From contig JBPXJO010000034.1 of NCBI GenBank assembly GCA_051715325.1, positions 14,033 through 78,032 on the forward strand: a stretch of 64,000 nt of DNA, in the 5' to 3' direction. The translations under genes were made by a program, and so were the position numbers. Origin of the DNA: Alphaproteobacteria bacterium (GTDB taxonomy: Bacteria > Pseudomonadota > Alphaproteobacteria > Micavibrionales > Micavibrionaceae). Under the pieces are notes generated by a model, which saw only the letters and a program-made list of their open reading frames with translations, searched no databases and had not been told where the DNA came from. Position 1 is the stretch's first letter, and each line of letters opens with the position of its first letter. Shown here piece after piece: positions 21,722-30,967 of the stretch.

Positions 21722-22999
21722 TTAGGCTTTCACGATTTTGGTAATCCCGCCCATATAAGGCTTAAGCGCATCCGGAACCCAGATACCGCCGTCAGTCGGA
21801 TCATAATAATTTTCCATGACCGCTACCAGCGCTCGGCCCACGGCAACGCCGGAACCATTAAGCGTATGAAGGAATTCAGTGTCTTTCGCGCCATTGCGTT
21901 TAAACCGCGCCTTCATGCGGCGAGCCTGAAAATCACCGCAGTTCGAGCAGCTCGAAATCTCGCGGTATTTATCCTGCGACGGCACCCAAACTTCGATGTC
22001 ATAGGTTTTGCGTGATCCGAACCCCATATCTCCCGCGCACAAAACAATCGTACGGAACGGCAGATCAAGTTTTTTAAGGATATTCTCGGCACAATTCGTC
22101 ATGCGCTGATGCTCCTCTTCCGATTTTTCCGGAAGAACAATGCTCACCATCTCGACTTTGTAAAATTGGTGCTGACGGATAATCCCGCGCGTATCTTTAC
22201 CGGCAGAACCGGCTTCCTTGCGGAAACACGGGGTCATCGCGCACATGCGGATCGGCAGATTGCTCTCGTCCAGAATTTCTTCACGCACCATATTGGTCAG
22301 AACCACTTCCGCCGTCGGAATCAACCAGCGTCCGTCGGTGGTTTCGAACTGGTCATCACGGAATTTAGGAAGCTGCGCCGTACCGTACATAACGTCACTT
22401 GTCACCAGAAGCGGCGGATTGATCTCGGTATAGCCATGTTCGCTGGTATGGGTATCAAGCATGAACTGGGCCAATGCGCGTTCGAGACGGGCAATGCCGG
22501 CTTTCTCGATGACAAAGCGCGTACCGGCCACCTTGGCGGCCGTCTCGAAATCCATCATACCGAGGTTTTCACCGATTTCGACATGGTCTTTGGCGGCGTT
22601 TGATCCGACTTTAGGCTGGCTATGACGGCGCAGTTCAACATTATGCTCCTCATCCGGACCGTCCGGAGCATCATCGGCAACCATATTCGGCAGTGCCGAG
22701 AGAACATCATTAAGTTCCGACGCCTTCGCCGCCTCAAAAATCTCGAGCGACATCATTTTTTCTTTGATCGCAGCAACTTCGGCCATCAAATCATCGGCGT
22801 TGCCGCCCTTCCCCTTGATAGCGCCAATTTCTTTGGACGCTTCGTTCCGGCGAGTTTGCAAAGACTGAAGTTGGGTCTGGAGGTCGCGGCGTTCGCCATC
22901 CAGCTTAAGAATAAAGGAGGTCTGGTCAGGCAATCCGCGGCGGGCCCAATTCTGGTCATAAGCGGCTGGATTTTCACGAAGTGCTTTGATGTCGTGCAT
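21722..22999 (-). CDS. serS: serine--tRNA ligase
   Basis: N-terminal coiled-coil arm and class II catalytic core. Confidence 0.93.
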   Translation of the reverse strand: MHDIKALRENPAAYDQNWARRGLPDQTSFILKLDGERRDLQTQLQSLQTRRNEASKEIGAIKGKGGNADDLMAEVAAIKEKMMSLEIFEAAKASELNDVLSALPNMVADDAPDGPDEEHNVELRRHSQPKVGSNAAKDHVEIGENLGMMDFETAAKVAGTRFVIEKAGIARLERALAQFMLDTHTSEHGYTEINPPLLVTSDVMYGTAQLPKFRDDQFETTDGRWLIPTAEVVLTNMVREEILDESNLPIRMCAMTPCFRKEAGSAGKDTRGIIRQHQFYKVEMVSIVLPEKSEEEHQRMTNCAENILKKLDLPFRTIVLCAGDMGFGSRKTYDIEVWVPSQDKYREISSCSNCGDFQARRMKARFKRNGAKDTEFLHTLNGSGVAVGRALVAVMENYYDPTDGGIWVPDALKPYMGGITKIVKA

Positions 23000-23101
23000 A
23001 ATACTAATTCCTATAATGAAAACGTGGACGATAGCTTATATAAAAGACAGGAGAGGTACAAGCCGCGGGATTGGAAAAATCACCCCCGCCCGCCCGAACA
23101 A

Positions 23102-23974
23102 ATGAACCAGACACGCCTGAACATCTTCGATCTTCAACAAGCGGACAGCCCGGTATCGCCGCTTGTCATTGATTCCCCTCATTCGGGAAACATCTATCCG
23201 GACGACTTTGGTTACAGCTGCCCGCTTGCCGAGCTGGTCCATTATGAGGACAGTTATGTGGATTTGCTGGCCCAAGAGGGGGCCGCCAAAGCAGGAGTCC
23301 CGTTTCTAAAGGCCCTCTTCCCCCGCACCTACATTGACCCCAACCGTGCCGAAACGGATATACCCGACCATCTCAAACCGGCGGATTGGCCGCACCCGAC
23401 CCAGCCCACCTTACGAGCTCAAGGCGGGCACGGCCTGATCCGCGAAATTATCGGCGACAGCACACATCTATATAATAGAAAGCTGACCAGCACCGATATT
23501 CATAACAGGATCACATCCTATTACAGACCGTACCACAGCGCCCTAGAAGCCGTTCTCGATCGCGTGCAAAAGCAGTTTGGTAGTTATTACCACCTCAGCC
23601 TTCATTCTATGCCATCAAGCGCCACCAGTCCGTTTTACCTTCCGGGACAACAACCGGAGATAGTTTTAGGCGATCGCGACGGAACAAGCTGTACCATCGC
23701 CTTCCGCAGACAAGTTCAGGACATTTTTCAAAAAATGGGCTACCGCGTTTCCGTGAACACCCCGTACAAAGGCGTGGAAATCACCCGTCGTTATGGCGTT
23801 CCGGCTCTCGGTCGCCACTCACTCCAGATTGAAATCCGCAAGGACCTCTATATGGACGAAAGAAGTTTAGAAAAAACAATAAATTTCAACAGGGTAAAAA
23901 AAGATATTGAGATTTTGATTCAGGAAATTTCGGCAATAACAAAAAATTGGGTCACGCCCTTGGCTGCCGATTAA
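23102..23974 (+). CDS. N-formylglutamate amidohydrolase family protein
   Basis: IDSPHSG and YIDPNR motifs. The ORF track starts at 22622 inside serS antisense, but the first plausible start is the ATG at 23102 (MNQTRL). Confidence 0.75.
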   Translation: MNQTRLNIFDLQQADSPVSPLVIDSPHSGNIYPDDFGYSCPLAELVHYEDSYVDLLAQEGAAKAGVPFLKALFPRTYIDPNRAETDIPDHLKPADWPHPTQPTLRAQGGHGLIREIIGDSTHLYNRKLTSTDIHNRITSYYRPYHSALEAVLDRVQKQFGSYYHLSLHSMPSSATSPFYLPGQQPEIVLGDRDGTSCTIAFRRQVQDIFQKMGYRVSVNTPYKGVEITRRYGVPALGRHSLQIEIRKDLYMDERSLEKTINFNRVKKDIEILIQEISAITKNWVTPLAAD

Positions 23975-23994
23975 ATACGAACCGAGTCGAATTA

Positions 23995-24624
23995 CTAAAT
24001 AACCGGAAAAACCGTATCGAAATTACTTTTTAATTGCGCATCAATATCTTGCATAGTGACGCTGGGTTTGATGATCGAAACCGACGTCACGCCATGCTCG
24101 CGAATGCCGCACGGGACGATTCCGTCAAAATGGCTGAGGTCAGGATTCACATTGATCGAAATACCGTGGAACGTCACCCAGTGGCGGATACGCACACCGA
24201 CCGCCGCGATTTTGTCCTCACCGCCTCTGGAATTTACAACCCAAAGTCCGACCCGCCCTTCACGCCGTTCGGCTCGAATATCAAAAGTCGCTAATGAACG
24301 GATCACCCATTCCTCGAGCTGCCAGACATATTTTTTGATGTCAGGGACACTCTGGCGGGTTTTTAGGTCAAGCATGACATAGGCCACACGCTGCCCGGGG
24401 CCGTGATATGTATATTGCCCGCCCCGACCGGTCTGGAACACCGGAAAGCGGGGATTAAGCAAATCTTCGGACTTGGCGCTGGTTCCGGCGGTATAAAGCG
24501 GCGGATGCTCCAAAAGCCAGACCGCCTCGCCCATCGCCCCGGCGCGAATCCCGTCGACCCGCGTTTCCATCGCGGAAACGGCGTCGGGGTACGGCACAAA
24601 GTCTGGCGATTCAATCCATTCCAT
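23995..24624 (-). CDS. lipB: lipoyl(octanoyl) transferase
   Basis: LipB motifs ([12 protein letters not shown], catalytic Cys in PCGI). Confidence 0.88.
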   Translation of the reverse strand: MEWIESPDFVPYPDAVSAMETRVDGIRAGAMGEAVWLLEHPPLYTAGTSAKSEDLLNPRFPVFQTGRGGQYTYHGPGQRVAYVMLDLKTRQSVPDIKKYVWQLEEWVIRSLATFDIRAERREGRVGLWVVNSRGGEDKIAAVGVRIRHWVTFHGISINVNPDLSHFDGIVPCGIREHGVTSVSIIKPSVTMQDIDAQLKSNFDTVFPVI

Positions 24625-24698
24625 TTCTTTGCTCTAACTCTAATCTTTTCTCCTTGCAACAGCGGATGCATTTTGCTAGAACCTGCGCACCCCAATTC

Positions 24699-24785
24699 GC
24701 GGCCATGGCGGAATTGGTAGACGCGCAACGTTGAGGTCGTTGTGGGCATTAGCCCGTGGAAGTTCGAGTCTTCTTGGCCGCACCA
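24699..24785 (+). tRNA. tRNA-Leu (anticodon GAG)
   Basis: Cloverleaf: acceptor GCGGCCA/TGGCCGC, D-arm GCGGAATTGGTAGACGC, anticodon stem CAACG/CGTTG with loop TTGAGGT, long variable arm, T-arm GGAAGTTCGAGTCTTCT, encoded CCA. Confidence 0.85.
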
Positions 24786-24940
24786 TTTACACAAATCCCC
24801 CCGATTTTGTACTGGAAGCTCTGCAGTTATTGCTGCACGACACCACGCCTTCCCACTTGAAATACTTTTGATTCTCTGGTCTTTTGCCTCGGTAATCAAT
24901 CAACAAACCCAATAATGACCGAACACCAAGGAACCACGCT

Positions 24941-27253
24941 GTGAAAGACACATTGCGCGACGCCGCTCTTGAATACCACCGCCTCCCACGCCCGGGGAAA
25001 ATCTCGATTGTCCCGACCAAACCGATGGCCACCCAGCGTGACCTCTCCTTGGCCTACTCTCCGGGAGTGGCCGCAGCGTGTGAAGAAATTGAAAAAGACC
25101 CTCTGACTGCTCTCGATTACACCTCGCGCGGCAACGTAGTCGCGGTGATTTCGAACGGAACCGCGGTTCTCGGCCTTGGCGCGATTGGCGCTCTCGCCTC
25201 GAAACCGGTGATGGAGGGAAAATCGGTTCTCTTCAAGAAATTCGCCAATATTGATTCGATTGATATCGAGATCAACGAAAACGACCCTAAAAAGCTGATC
25301 GAGATCATTGCCTCGCTCGAACCATCGTTCGGCGGCATCAATTTGGAAGACATCAAGGCTCCGGAATGTTTCGAAGTCGAACGTACCCTGCGCGAACGCA
25401 TGAATATTCCGGTCTTCCACGATGACCAGCACGGCACCGCGATCATTTCGGGGGCCGCCATTCTCAACTGGCTGGAAATCACCGGACGCAAGATTACCGA
25501 TGTAAAACTGGTAGCCTCGGGTGCCGGAGCGGCGGCAATTGCGTGCCTCACCCTCCTCAACAATCTTGGTATGCCGAAAGAAAACATCACCGTTTGCGAC
25601 CGCAACGGGGTGGTTTTCAAAGGCCGCAACGAAGGCATGGACCCTGAGAAGGAAAAATTCGCCGTCGAAACCAAAGACCGCACCTTGGCCGAAGCGATCA
25701 AGGGGGCCAACATTTTCCTCGGCCTCTCCGCCGCCGGAGCCTTGAAACAAAGCATGGTCAAGGATATGGCCGATGCGCCGCTGATTATGGCGCTCGCCAA
25801 CCCGACGCCGGAAATCATGCCGGAAGAAGCTTTGGCCGTGAAACCGGACGCTGTAATTTGTACCGGCCGCTCGGACTTCCCCAATCAGGTGAACAACGTT
25901 CTCTGCTTCCCGTATATTTTCCGTGGAGCCCTCGATGTTGGCGCGACCGCCATCAACGAAGACATGAAAATGGCCTGCGTGCGTGCGATTGCCGCTCTCG
26001 CCCGTAAAGAAGTGACCTCGGAAGTGGCCGCCATTTACGCCGAAGAAACGCTGGAATTCGGGCCAAAATACATGATCCCGAAACCGTTCGATCCGCGCCT
26101 GATTGTCGAACTGCCGATGGCCGTTGCCAAAACCGCAATGGATACCGGTGTGGCCACCCGTCCGATAACGGACTGGGACGCCTACAAGCACCAATTGACC
26201 CAGTATTTTTACCGCACCGACGCGATCATGCGTCCGGTTTTCGCCAAAGCCCAAGCCAATCCGAAAAAGATTGCCTACTGCGAAGGTGAAGAAGAGCGGG
26301 TACTCCGCGCCGTTCAAAGCGTGGTCGACGAAAACCTCGCCCGTCCGCTTTTGGTCGGTCGCCGCTCGGTCGTTGAAAGCCGCCTCAAAAAACTCAATCT
26401 GCGGATGAAGCCGGAAAAGGATTTCGATCTGGTCGATCCTGAAAACGACTCGCGCTACAACGACTACTGGAGCACCTTCCACAAACTGATGGAACGGAAC
26501 GGGGTCTCTCCGGCGCACGCCAGAAACATCGTCCGCACCAACACCACCGTGATCGGCTCCCTGCTCGTCCACAAAGGCGAAGCGGACGGCCTGATTTGCG
26601 GAACTGTGGGACCTTACCGCGAACACCTCAAAACCATCGTTGATGTGATTGGACTTCGCCCGGGTGTTGAAACCGCCGCCGCGATGATGGGCTTGATCCA
26701 TCCGACCCGAGGCCCGATTTTCATCTGCGATACCCACATCAATCCGGACCCGAGCGTCGCCCAGATTTCTGAAATGACCATGCTCGCAGTTGAAGAAATG
26801 CGCCGTTTGGGCATCACCCCGAAAGTCGCCTTGGTATCCCATTCGAACTTTGGCTCACACCGCCATGACAGCGCCTTCAAAATGCGCGATGCCTACTACG
26901 ACATCCGCACAAGAGCGCCGGATCTGGAAATCGACGGGGAAATGCACGCGGATGCGGCTTTGTCCGAGGAAATCCGTAATCTGGTCATGCCGAACTCGAC
27001 CCTCAAGGGAACAGCCAACCTCCTGATTATGCCAACGGTTGATGCCGCGAACATCACCTACAACGCGATCAAGGTCCTGTCCGACTGTATTCCGGTCGGC
27101 CCTCTGCTCCTTGGAGTGGCTCAAACCGCCCACATTCTGACAACCGCGGCCACAACCCGCGGAATTCTGAATGTGACCGCTGTTTCGACCGTCGCCGCCC
27201 AGCTTTTCAGCGAAGGCGATAACGTGTCGTTCCTGCGTGATGACGCCGCTTAA
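24941..27253 (+). CDS. maeB: NADP-dependent malic enzyme (malic enzyme + phosphotransacetylase-like domain)
   Basis: Malic enzyme N-terminal half and PTA-like C-terminal half, about 770 aa. The start is a GTG at 24941. Confidence 0.92.
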   Translation: MKDTLRDAALEYHRLPRPGKISIVPTKPMATQRDLSLAYSPGVAAACEEIEKDPLTALDYTSRGNVVAVISNGTAVLGLGAIGALASKPVMEGKSVLFKKFANIDSIDIEINENDPKKLIEIIASLEPSFGGINLEDIKAPECFEVERTLRERMNIPVFHDDQHGTAIISGAAILNWLEITGRKITDVKLVASGAGAAAIACLTLLNNLGMPKENITVCDRNGVVFKGRNEGMDPEKEKFAVETKDRTLAEAIKGANIFLGLSAAGALKQSMVKDMADAPLIMALANPTPEIMPEEALAVKPDAVICTGRSDFPNQVNNVLCFPYIFRGALDVGATAINEDMKMACVRAIAALARKEVTSEVAAIYAEETLEFGPKYMIPKPFDPRLIVELPMAVAKTAMDTGVATRPITDWDAYKHQLTQYFYRTDAIMRPVFAKAQANPKKIAYCEGEEERVLRAVQSVVDENLARPLLVGRRSVVESRLKKLNLRMKPEKDFDLVDPENDSRYNDYWSTFHKLMERNGVSPAHARNIVRTNTTVIGSLLVHKGEADGLICGTVGPYREHLKTIVDVIGLRPGVETAAAMMGLIHPTRGPIFICDTHINPDPSVAQISEMTMLAVEEMRRLGITPKVALVSHSNFGSHRHDSAFKMRDAYYDIRTRAPDLEIDGEMHADAALSEEIRNLVMPNSTLKGTANLLIMPTVDAANITYNAIKVLSDCIPVGPLLLGVAQTAHILTTAATTRGILNVTAVSTVAAQLFSEGDNVSFLRDDAA

Positions 27254-27347
27254 AAAAGATGCCGGATGAGCTTGGTTTTGCTTGAGATTTAGGTAAATCT
27301 CATTTAAGAGGAACCATACTTAAAACTCTGGCTCAAGGGTCCGGCAC

Positions 27348-28778
27348 ATGAGCGAAAAAGATCTCGATCTCGAAAAAGACCAAATTCCCTCTTCGTCCCC
27401 ACCGGGCGAAGAGGAGGAAACCGATGCAACCGACTTTCTTGGATTGTCGGACGAGACGATTTCGGCCATTTGCGATGGTCTCACCAATGAAGATGGTGAG
27501 AGCGTTCAAAAGCTGCTCGACGACCTCTCGATCAGCGACAAAGCCGAACTGATCGAAAAAGTAACCGCCGAAAACCGCCGCCTGCTCCTCTTCGGATTTG
27601 GCGATTATTTTGACGCCGATGTGATCTCGATCTTGCAGGAAGATGTGCGGACGACCGCGCTCGAATCCATGACACCCGATCACGTCGCCCGTATTCTATC
27701 GGATCTCGACAGTGACGACGCGCTCGACATGATCTCCACTCTGGATGAAGAATTCCAGAAAGACGTGATGCGCAAACTCTCGGCGAAAATCCGGATGGTC
27801 CTCGAAGAAGGTTTGAGCTATCCGGAAGAATCCGCCGGACGTCTGATGCAGCGTGAATTCGTCGCCGTTCCGCAATTCTGGACAGTCGGCAAAACGATTG
27901 ATTATCTGCGCGCAGCCAAAGACACGCTGCCCGATGATTTCTATGACCTCATCGTCATTGATCCGGCGCACCATGTGGTCGGCGAGATTCCGCTGAACCG
28001 CCTCGTCCGCGCCCAGCGTTCGGTCAAAATCGACGACCTGACCTTGGAGGAAGTCCACTCCATTCCGGCCACAATGGACCAGGAAGAAGTGGCCACCGTC
28101 TTTAAGAACGAAAACCTCGCCTCCGCGCCAGTGGTGGACGAAGATGGGCGCCTGATCGGTATTATTACCTACGATGACGTGATCTACGTTATCGACGAAG
28201 AAGCCGAAGAAGACTTGCTGAATCTGGCAGGTGTTAAGGAAGACGACTTGTACCGCACCATCATCTCGACGGTGTCGTCCCGCTCGCGCTGGCTCCTGAT
28301 TAACCTCCTGACTGCGTTTATGGCGGCCTCGGTGATCTCGCTCTTTGACGCGACGATTGAAAAAATCGTGGCGCTAGCGGTTCTGATGCCGATTGTCGCC
28401 GGAATGGGCGGCAATGCGGGAACACAGGCCATGACCGTGGCGGTGCGCGCGATTGCGACCAATGAAATTTCGGGCGCCAACGCGTGGCGTGTTATCGGTA
28501 AAGAAACCGCCGTGGGACTCTTGAACGGCATGATGTTTGCTGTCCTGATCGGCGTGATCGCAGGAATCTGGTTCAAAGACCCGGGGATCGGCGCTGTGAT
28601 TGCAGCCGCAATGAACATCAATTTGATTGTTGCCGGATTTTTCGGCGCCAGCATTCCGGTGCTGCTCGATAAACTGAAAATCGATCCGGCCGTTGCTTCA
28701 TCCGTCTTCCTGACCACCATGACCGATGTGATCGGCTTTTTTGCCTTCCTTGGTCTGGCCACCGTATTTTTACTTTAA
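27348..28778 (+). CDS. mgtE: magnesium transporter MgtE
   Basis: Acidic N-domain, tandem CBS domains and a C-terminal 5-TM MgtE domain (GMGGNAGTQ). Confidence 0.9.
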   Translation: MSEKDLDLEKDQIPSSSPPGEEEETDATDFLGLSDETISAICDGLTNEDGESVQKLLDDLSISDKAELIEKVTAENRRLLLFGFGDYFDADVISILQEDVRTTALESMTPDHVARILSDLDSDDALDMISTLDEEFQKDVMRKLSAKIRMVLEEGLSYPEESAGRLMQREFVAVPQFWTVGKTIDYLRAAKDTLPDDFYDLIVIDPAHHVVGEIPLNRLVRAQRSVKIDDLTLEEVHSIPATMDQEEVATVFKNENLASAPVVDEDGRLIGIITYDDVIYVIDEEAEEDLLNLAGVKEDDLYRTIISTVSSRSRWLLINLLTAFMAASVISLFDATIEKIVALAVLMPIVAGMGGNAGTQAMTVAVRAIATNEISGANAWRVIGKETAVGLLNGMMFAVLIGVIAGIWFKDPGIGAVIAAAMNINLIVAGFFGASIPVLLDKLKIDPAVASSVFLTTMTDVIGFFAFLGLATVFLL

Positions 28779-28798
28779 AGCGAGGAACGTAAACGCCC

Positions 28799-30805
28799 AT
28801 GCCCCGCAATCGCCAATCCTATAATGCTCCACGCCAATCTCTTATCGGTCGCCTGTTCAAATGGTGCATCGTTATGGGCCTTTGGGGTATTTTACTGGTC
28901 GGCTTGGTACTGGCATGGTTTGCCAAAGACTTGCCGGGCCTGATTGAAAACCCGCAGTTCGAACTCAAATCCTCGATCACGGTTCTGGCCAATGACGGAA
29001 CGGTTGTTGCCCGCTATGGCGACATTAAAGAAGGCAATATTTCCGCCGACAATCTCCCCAAGAATGTGGCCAACGCAATTATTGCCACCGAAGATCGCCG
29101 CTTCTACTACCATTTCGGCCTTGACCCGATTGGCCTCGCGCGCGCTGTTTTCGTGAACGTCACCCATAAAGGCGTGCGTCAGGGCGGCTCGACCATCACC
29201 CAGCAGCTTGCCAAGAACCTCTTCCTCTCGCAGGAAAAAACCTACAAGCGGAAAATTCAGGAAGCCCTCCTCGCTGTCTGGCTTGAACATGAACTCTCCA
29301 AAGACGAAATTCTCGCCGCTTACATGAACCGTGTCTATCTCGGGGCCGGAACTTACGGCGTCAAAGCAGCCGCAAAGGTCTATTTCGGCAAGGACGTGAA
29401 CAAGCTGAACCTGCAGGAAGCCGCAACGATTGCAGGTCTCCTCAAAGCGCCGACCCGCTATTCGCCGCTCATCAATCCGAAAGCCGCCAAAGAACGGGCC
29501 GCCGTGGTTCTGGGCGCTATGGAAGATGCCGGATACATTACCGACAAACAGCGCAAGAGTGCTGAAAAACTGACACTAACCAAAACCGGAAAAGGCGCTG
29601 ACGAGAAAACCGAACGTTATTTCTCCGACTGGATCGCCGACACACTGGATGATCTGATCGGCACACCGAACGCCGATGTGATCGTCGAAACCACCATGGA
29701 CCCTGAAGTCCAGCGCGCAACCGGAGCCACCCTCAAAAAGATGATCGACACCGATGGCAAGAAATTGCGCGTCTCGCAAGCGGCTTCCGTTGTCCTTCGC
29801 CCCGATGGCGGCATTATCGCGATTGTCGGCGGGATCGATTACAACGACAGCCAGTTCAACCGCGCGACTCAGGGCCTCCGTCAACCGGGCTCATCGTTCA
29901 AACCGTTCGTCTATCTCGCTGCCATTGAAAAGGGCGCGAATGAAGACACGATCATCGAAGACTCGCGTATCACCGAAGGCAAATACCGCCCGACCAACTT
30001 CGGCAACAAATATTACGGTGAAGTCCGTATGATTGACGCCCTCACTCTCTCGCTCAATACCGTAGCTGTCAAACTCGCCAAAGCTGTTGGCGTTGACAGC
30101 GTCATCAGTGTCGCCCGCAGAGCAGGTATCACCGCTGATCTTGAGCCAAACCTCTCTCTGGCCCTCGGCAGCTCGGAAGTGCCGATGATTGAAATGGCCG
30201 GAGCCTACGCCACAATCAACAGCGGCGGTTACGCCGTGCGCCCGTTCGGTATTCTGCGCGTCAAAGAAAAAGACAGCGGCAAAGTCCTCTATGAATATAA
30301 GCCGGAACCTGCTCCGCGCGTCTTCCGTGCCGAAGATATTCGCGCCCTCGTCAACATGATGATCTCGGTCGTCCAGAACGGAACCGGCCAAGGCGCAAAA
30401 GGCGCATTCTTTGCCGCCGGAAAAACCGGAACAACGCAGGACTATCGCGATGCGTGGTTTGATGGGTTCTCGCAAGATTTTGTTGCTGTGGTCTGGTTCG
30501 GCAATGACGATAACACCTCGATGAAGAACGTCACAGGCGGCAGCCTTGCCGCGCGGGCATGGCGCGATATTATCGCGGCGGCCAAAGCCGACCCGACCCC
30601 GTCCCGATACAATCTGGTCAAAGACAATAGCGGATCGGGCGGCGATTTCTCGTCGATGCTCAATGATCTGGTCTCGACTCCATTTCCGGATTTGACCGGC
30701 GACAACGCCCAAGGCCTTGACCAGCCCTTCAGCCCCGACAACGTAACACCGTATAAACCGTCCGATCCGGGCGACCATGTCGGCTACCGCCGCTTTAACG
30801 ACTAA
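28799..30805 (+). CDS. penicillin-binding protein 1A family (GT51 transglycosylase + transpeptidase)
   Basis: GT51 motifs (EDRRFYYH, GGSTITQQLAKN) and transpeptidase motifs (SSFKP, KTGTT). Confidence 0.85.
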   Translation: MPRNRQSYNAPRQSLIGRLFKWCIVMGLWGILLVGLVLAWFAKDLPGLIENPQFELKSSITVLANDGTVVARYGDIKEGNISADNLPKNVANAIIATEDRRFYYHFGLDPIGLARAVFVNVTHKGVRQGGSTITQQLAKNLFLSQEKTYKRKIQEALLAVWLEHELSKDEILAAYMNRVYLGAGTYGVKAAAKVYFGKDVNKLNLQEAATIAGLLKAPTRYSPLINPKAAKERAAVVLGAMEDAGYITDKQRKSAEKLTLTKTGKGADEKTERYFSDWIADTLDDLIGTPNADVIVETTMDPEVQRATGATLKKMIDTDGKKLRVSQAASVVLRPDGGIIAIVGGIDYNDSQFNRATQGLRQPGSSFKPFVYLAAIEKGANEDTIIEDSRITEGKYRPTNFGNKYYGEVRMIDALTLSLNTVAVKLAKAVGVDSVISVARRAGITADLEPNLSLALGSSEVPMIEMAGAYATINSGGYAVRPFGILRVKEKDSGKVLYEYKPEPAPRVFRAEDIRALVNMMISVVQNGTGQGAKGAFFAAGKTGTTQDYRDAWFDGFSQDFVAVVWFGNDDNTSMKNVTGGSLAARAWRDIIAAAKADPTPSRYNLVKDNSGSGGDFSSMLNDLVSTPFPDLTGDNAQGLDQPFSPDNVTPYKPSDPGDHVGYRRFND

Positions 30806-30845
30806 GAGTTGAGCCGCCTACGCGCGTCTTAACAGCCCATTAACC

Positions 30846-30876
30846 AAAAAAGCGACATACTGTGTCGCTTTTTTGT
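30846..30876 (+). terminator. rho-independent terminator after the PBP gene
   Basis: AGCGACA-loop-TGTCGCT hairpin followed by TTTTTT. Confidence 0.45.
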
Positions 30877-30967
30877 GTCATTACATCCCGCCCCTTGATA
30901 ATATATATGTATATATAGAAAAAGCACATTTATATATAACAATTTGCTCTTTTTGGGAGAAGCATAT

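Noticed and set aside
22622-23101. N-terminal 160 codons of the track ORF 22622..23974
   Set aside because: This stretch overlaps serS antisense and has no family resemblance. The N-formylglutamate amidohydrolase similarity begins at the ATG at 23102.
24896-26842. 648-aa ORF on the minus strand
   Set aside because: It is entirely antisense to maeB, whose protein has unmistakable malic-enzyme motifs. Long antisense ORFs are expected in GC-rich coding DNA.
27254-27347. Possible Mg2+ (M-box) riboswitch upstream of mgtE
   Set aside because: The intergenic region is only 94 nt with one short hairpin (GAGATTTAGG/TAAATCTC), too short for the ~160-nt M-box aptamer.
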